Shown one piece after another: positions 53,138 to 55,838 of a stretch of DNA of 55,838 bases; the stretch's first letter is position 1, and every line of letters begins with the position of its first letter. The position numbers and the translations under genes were made by a program. The stretch is from Spirochaetales bacterium. GTDB taxonomy: Bacteria; Spirochaetota; Spirochaetia; JABEVK01. The DNA lies in NCBI GenBank assembly GCA_037142615.1, contig JBAXAI010000024.1:1-55838 (forward strand). The letters run 5' to 3'. Below the pieces are notes generated by a model. The model was not told where the DNA came from, made no database searches, and saw only the letters and a list, made by a program, of their open reading frames with translations.

Positions 53138-53783
53138 GCAAACCGTGCTACGCGCCATTCTTGTCGACGACCACAAAGCGACCCTCGAGGGTCTCAAACT
53201 CATGCTTGCCCGCCTGGGTCTGGTCGTCGTCGGCACCAACCTGACCGGTCAAAACCTCGAGCTCGACGTCGAGACCCTCAAGCCCGACGTGCTGTTCCTC
53301 GACCTGGCCCTGGGGTCACAGGACGGCATTCCCATCGCCGCGCGCCTCAAACGCTCGTTTCCCCAGCTCAAGATCATCGGCTTCTCGTTCCGCCAAGACC
53401 TCACCTCGGTGCGCGATTTCATGGCTACCGGCGCCGAAGGTTACGTGCTCAAAACTGCCGAAGAGGACGAAATCAAGCTCGCACTCGAAACCGTTTTTCG
53501 CGGAAAGCCGTTCTTGAGCCCGCAACTCTCCGACGTCCTGCTGCCCGATTACCTCAACCTGGTGCAGGGCAGAACGCCCGTGCAGACTCTCACCCCCCAG
53601 GAAACCACCATCGTGCGCTTGCTGGGGGTGGGCAAGACCAGCAAGGAAATCGCCTCCGAACTCGACCTTTCACCGCGCAGCGTCGAAAAATACCGTGCCA
53701 CAATTCTCGAAAAGCTCCAGCTGACCACCCTGGCCGACCTCCTCAAGTGGGGGATCAAGGCCGGGGTGATCGTGCTGGATTAG
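53136..53783 (+). CDS. NarL/LuxR family response regulator
   Basis: ILVDDH, PDVLFLD, DGI, GAEGYVLK; HTH 'LTPQE..IVRLLGVGKTSKEIASELDLSPRSVEKYR'. The start may be GTG 53145. Confidence 0.92.
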   Translation: MQTVLRAILVDDHKATLEGLKLMLARLGLVVVGTNLTGQNLELDVETLKPDVLFLDLALGSQDGIPIAARLKRSFPQLKIIGFSFRQDLTSVRDFMATGAEGYVLKTAEEDEIKLALETVFRGKPFLSPQLSDVLLPDYLNLVQGRTPVQTLTPQETTIVRLLGVGKTSKEIASELDLSPRSVEKYRATILEKLQLTTLADLLKWGIKAGVIVLD

Positions 53784-53786
53784 GGG

Positions 53787-55838
53787 CTAGGGAAGCGTGA
53801 TCTTGCGGATCGTGCTGTAGCCGGAATCAGCAACGTACATTGCCCCCGAACTGATCACCATTCCAACGGGGTTGCTGAAGGTTGCCTCGGTGGCAAGGCC
53901 ATCGTGGTAGCCGCTGTTGTCGACCCCGGCGAGTTTTGTCACGACGCCGGCGGAGGTGATCTTTCGGATGTACCTCTGTTCGCTGACGTAGAGATTCCCC
54001 GAAGTGTCGGCCGTGATTCCTGCTGGCCGATAAAAGGTGGCCGCCAAACCGGTGCCATCCAAACTCGACTCGGTTCCACTTCCGGCGAAGTGGGTGACAA
54101 CGCCCGCGGACGTCACCTTCCGGATCACGTTGTAGTTTTGCCCTTGAACCACAAAAAGGTCTGTGCCGACAAAACAGAGCCCTTGGGGGGCCTTGATATG
54201 GGCCGAGGCACCCGTGCCGTCGGCGTCCGCCGCCAGGGTCCCATCGCCAATGAAGGTTGTCACAACCCCGGCCAGCGTCACTTTCCGGATGCTGTGGTTG
54301 TAGGTGTCACTCACGTAGAGGGCCCCATCAGGACCGAAGGCGAGGGCCGAGGGCGAACTGAAGCGGGCATTCGTGCCGGTTCCATCGGCAAAGAGCCCTG
54401 GCGTGGAACTATTGGTTGGGGCCCAACCGGCCAAAGTCGTCACCACGCCGGCGGGGGTGACTTTGCGGATGCGGTTTCCCGTGTAGTCGGCTACATAGAG
54501 GTTGTCGCTGCTGTCGATGGCAATACCCCGAGGATTTGCGAACGTGGCACTTGCACCGGTCCCATCCACGTTGGATGAGCTGTTTCCCCCTCCGGCAAGG
54601 GTCGTAACAACCCCGGCTGTCGTGATCTTGCGGATTCTGTTGTTGGTTGTGTCAGCGACAAAAAGGTTTCCGGCGGAGTCTTTGACGATGTCCCAGGGCG
54701 CATCGAAGCGGGCGGTAGTCCCGGTCGCGTCGTAGTAGCCAGAGGACAGGTATGCGCCAGCAAACGTCGACACCTGGGAAGCTGGCAGGGCTTCCTTCAC
54801 GGTAACGACGAGTTCCTTGGTCACCGAGGTGCCACCCGAGATCGCGATGGTCGCGGTGAGGGTAACCGAAGCGTCGCCGCTGCCGTTCGAGGGCCGGGTG
54901 ACGGTGCCTGACGCGCTGATCACCGTGGGATTGCTCGACGCCCAGCTGATGGTCGTTCCGCTGGCTCCGATGGTCGGCAGGGTGAGATCGCCTGTGACAT
55001 TGGAAGCGGCTGTGTTGCCGCCTAGTACCGACGCCACCGTCAGGCTCGCCTTGTCGTCGGCGATAGCCGTGGTCGGATCGCTCGACAATGGCTGGACCAC
55101 CACCGTGAAAGTCTTGGTCTCGGTGGTGCCCCCGGATTTCGTGATGGTCGCGGTCAGTGTGACCGTGACGGCATTGGCACCCACGGGGGGCCGAGTCAGG
55201 GCACCCGTGCTGCTCACGGCGGCGTTGTTGCTGCTCCAACTGATGGTCGTCCCGCTGGATCCCGTGGTCGGCAAGGAGAGCGTGGCCTTGGCCTGATCGA
55301 GGCCAGGGCTGGCGCCCTTGAGAACGTTGTCGGTGAGGGTCGCCTTGTCTTCAGCGATGGCTTGGGTCGGATCGCTGGGAACCGGCTGGAGGACCACCGT
55401 GAACGTCTTGGTTGTTGTTGTTGTGCCGTTGGTGATGGTGGCTGTCAGAACCACGGTCTTGGCCGCTTCGCCGGCGGCGGGACGGGTGATGACCCCCGCC
55501 TCGGTGATCGTGGCGGCATCGGCCGAGCTCCAGCTGATGGTCGAGCCGCCGGGGCCGGTCGTCGGCAGGACCAGCGGACCCTTCACGGTGTTCAGGTCGG
55601 GGCTTCCCCCGGCCAGAAGCGCCGTGGTGAGGCCCGCCTTGTCTTCGGCCGCGGCCGTCGCGGAATCGCTCGACAAGGGTTGCACAACCACCGTGAAGTT
55701 CTGGGTCTCCTGCGTGCCGCCCGACTTGGTGATCGTCGCGGTCAGCACGACGGTCTTGGCGGCCTGGCCGGCGGCAGGCCTGATGACGTTGCCCGACGAC
55801 GAGAGGGTACCGGCCGTGTCACTGGCCCAGCTGATCGT
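53787..55838 (-). CDS. Surface protein with tandem ~98-aa Ig-like repeats and a C-terminal NHL beta-propeller (5' end beyond the window)
   Basis: Repeats of 'L.LPT.G..G.TISW.S.......G..TRP......V.LTATI'; NHL repeats 'DGTG..A.F..P.GI..D..GNLYVAD..N.RIRKIT.AGVVTTLAG'. The frame stays open to the window edge. Confidence 0.88.
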   Translation of the reverse strand, partial: TISWASDTAGTLSSSGNVIRPAAGQAAKTVVLTATITKSGGTQETQNFTVVVQPLSSDSATAAAEDKAGLTTALLAGGSPDLNTVKGPLVLPTTGPGGSTISWSSADAATITEAGVITRPAAGEAAKTVVLTATITNGTTTTTKTFTVVLQPVPSDPTQAIAEDKATLTDNVLKGASPGLDQAKATLSLPTTGSSGTTISWSSNNAAVSSTGALTRPPVGANAVTVTLTATITKSGGTTETKTFTVVVQPLSSDPTTAIADDKASLTVASVLGGNTAASNVTGDLTLPTIGASGTTISWASSNPTVISASGTVTRPSNGSGDASVTLTATIAISGGTSVTKELVVTVKEALPASQVSTFAGAYLSSGYYDATGTTARFDAPWDIVKDSAGNLFVADTTNNRIRKITTAGVVTTLAGGGNSSSNVDGTGASATFANPRGIAIDSSDNLYVADYTGNRIRKVTPAGVVTTLAGWAPTNSSTPGLFADGTGTNARFSSPSALAFGPDGALYVSDTYNHSIRKVTLAGVVTTFIGDGTLAADADGTGASAHIKAPQGLCFVGTDLFVVQGQNYNVIRKVTSAGVVTHFAGSGTESSLDGTGLAATFYRPAGITADTSGNLYVSEQRYIRKITSAGVVTKLAGVDNSGYHDGLATEATFSNPVGMVISSGAMYVADSGYSTIRKITLP

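Overview
GC-rich bacterial chromosomal segment, most likely from a spirochaete. This is inferred from the 'C-E-x-G-L-G' lipoprotein N-terminus of the giant Ig-repeat protein, the archaeal-type cytidylate kinase downstream of murC and the Rpn remnants. In order, the window holds: the 3' end of an Rpn-like gene; two orphan solute-binding proteins; a ~5,300-aa Ig-repeat surface lipoprotein with phage-tail-like modules and DxNxDG motifs inserted into it; and an overlap-coupled murC-yicC-cmk-Zn ribbon-alpha-2-macroglobulin-pbpC operon. These are followed by nrdR, a metabolic cluster, and a lower-GC type II R-M pair (XamI-like nuclease plus C5 methyltransferase). Next is a three-gene operon (signal-less NrtA/SsuA-like binding protein, DUF169, DsrC/TusE-like domain fused to a cysteine desulfurase), which is the best candidate for an undescribed sulfur-relay system. 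The remainder holds an ERIC-like nested palindrome, an M16 peptidase, a collapsed Rpn pseudogene, a 5'-nucleotidase, an AraC/SnoaL pair, an AAA_14 ATPase, a divergent two-component pair and a partial Ig/NHL surface protein. Several genes appear to be transcribed leaderless. All family assignments come from motif recognition by eye; no database searches were run.
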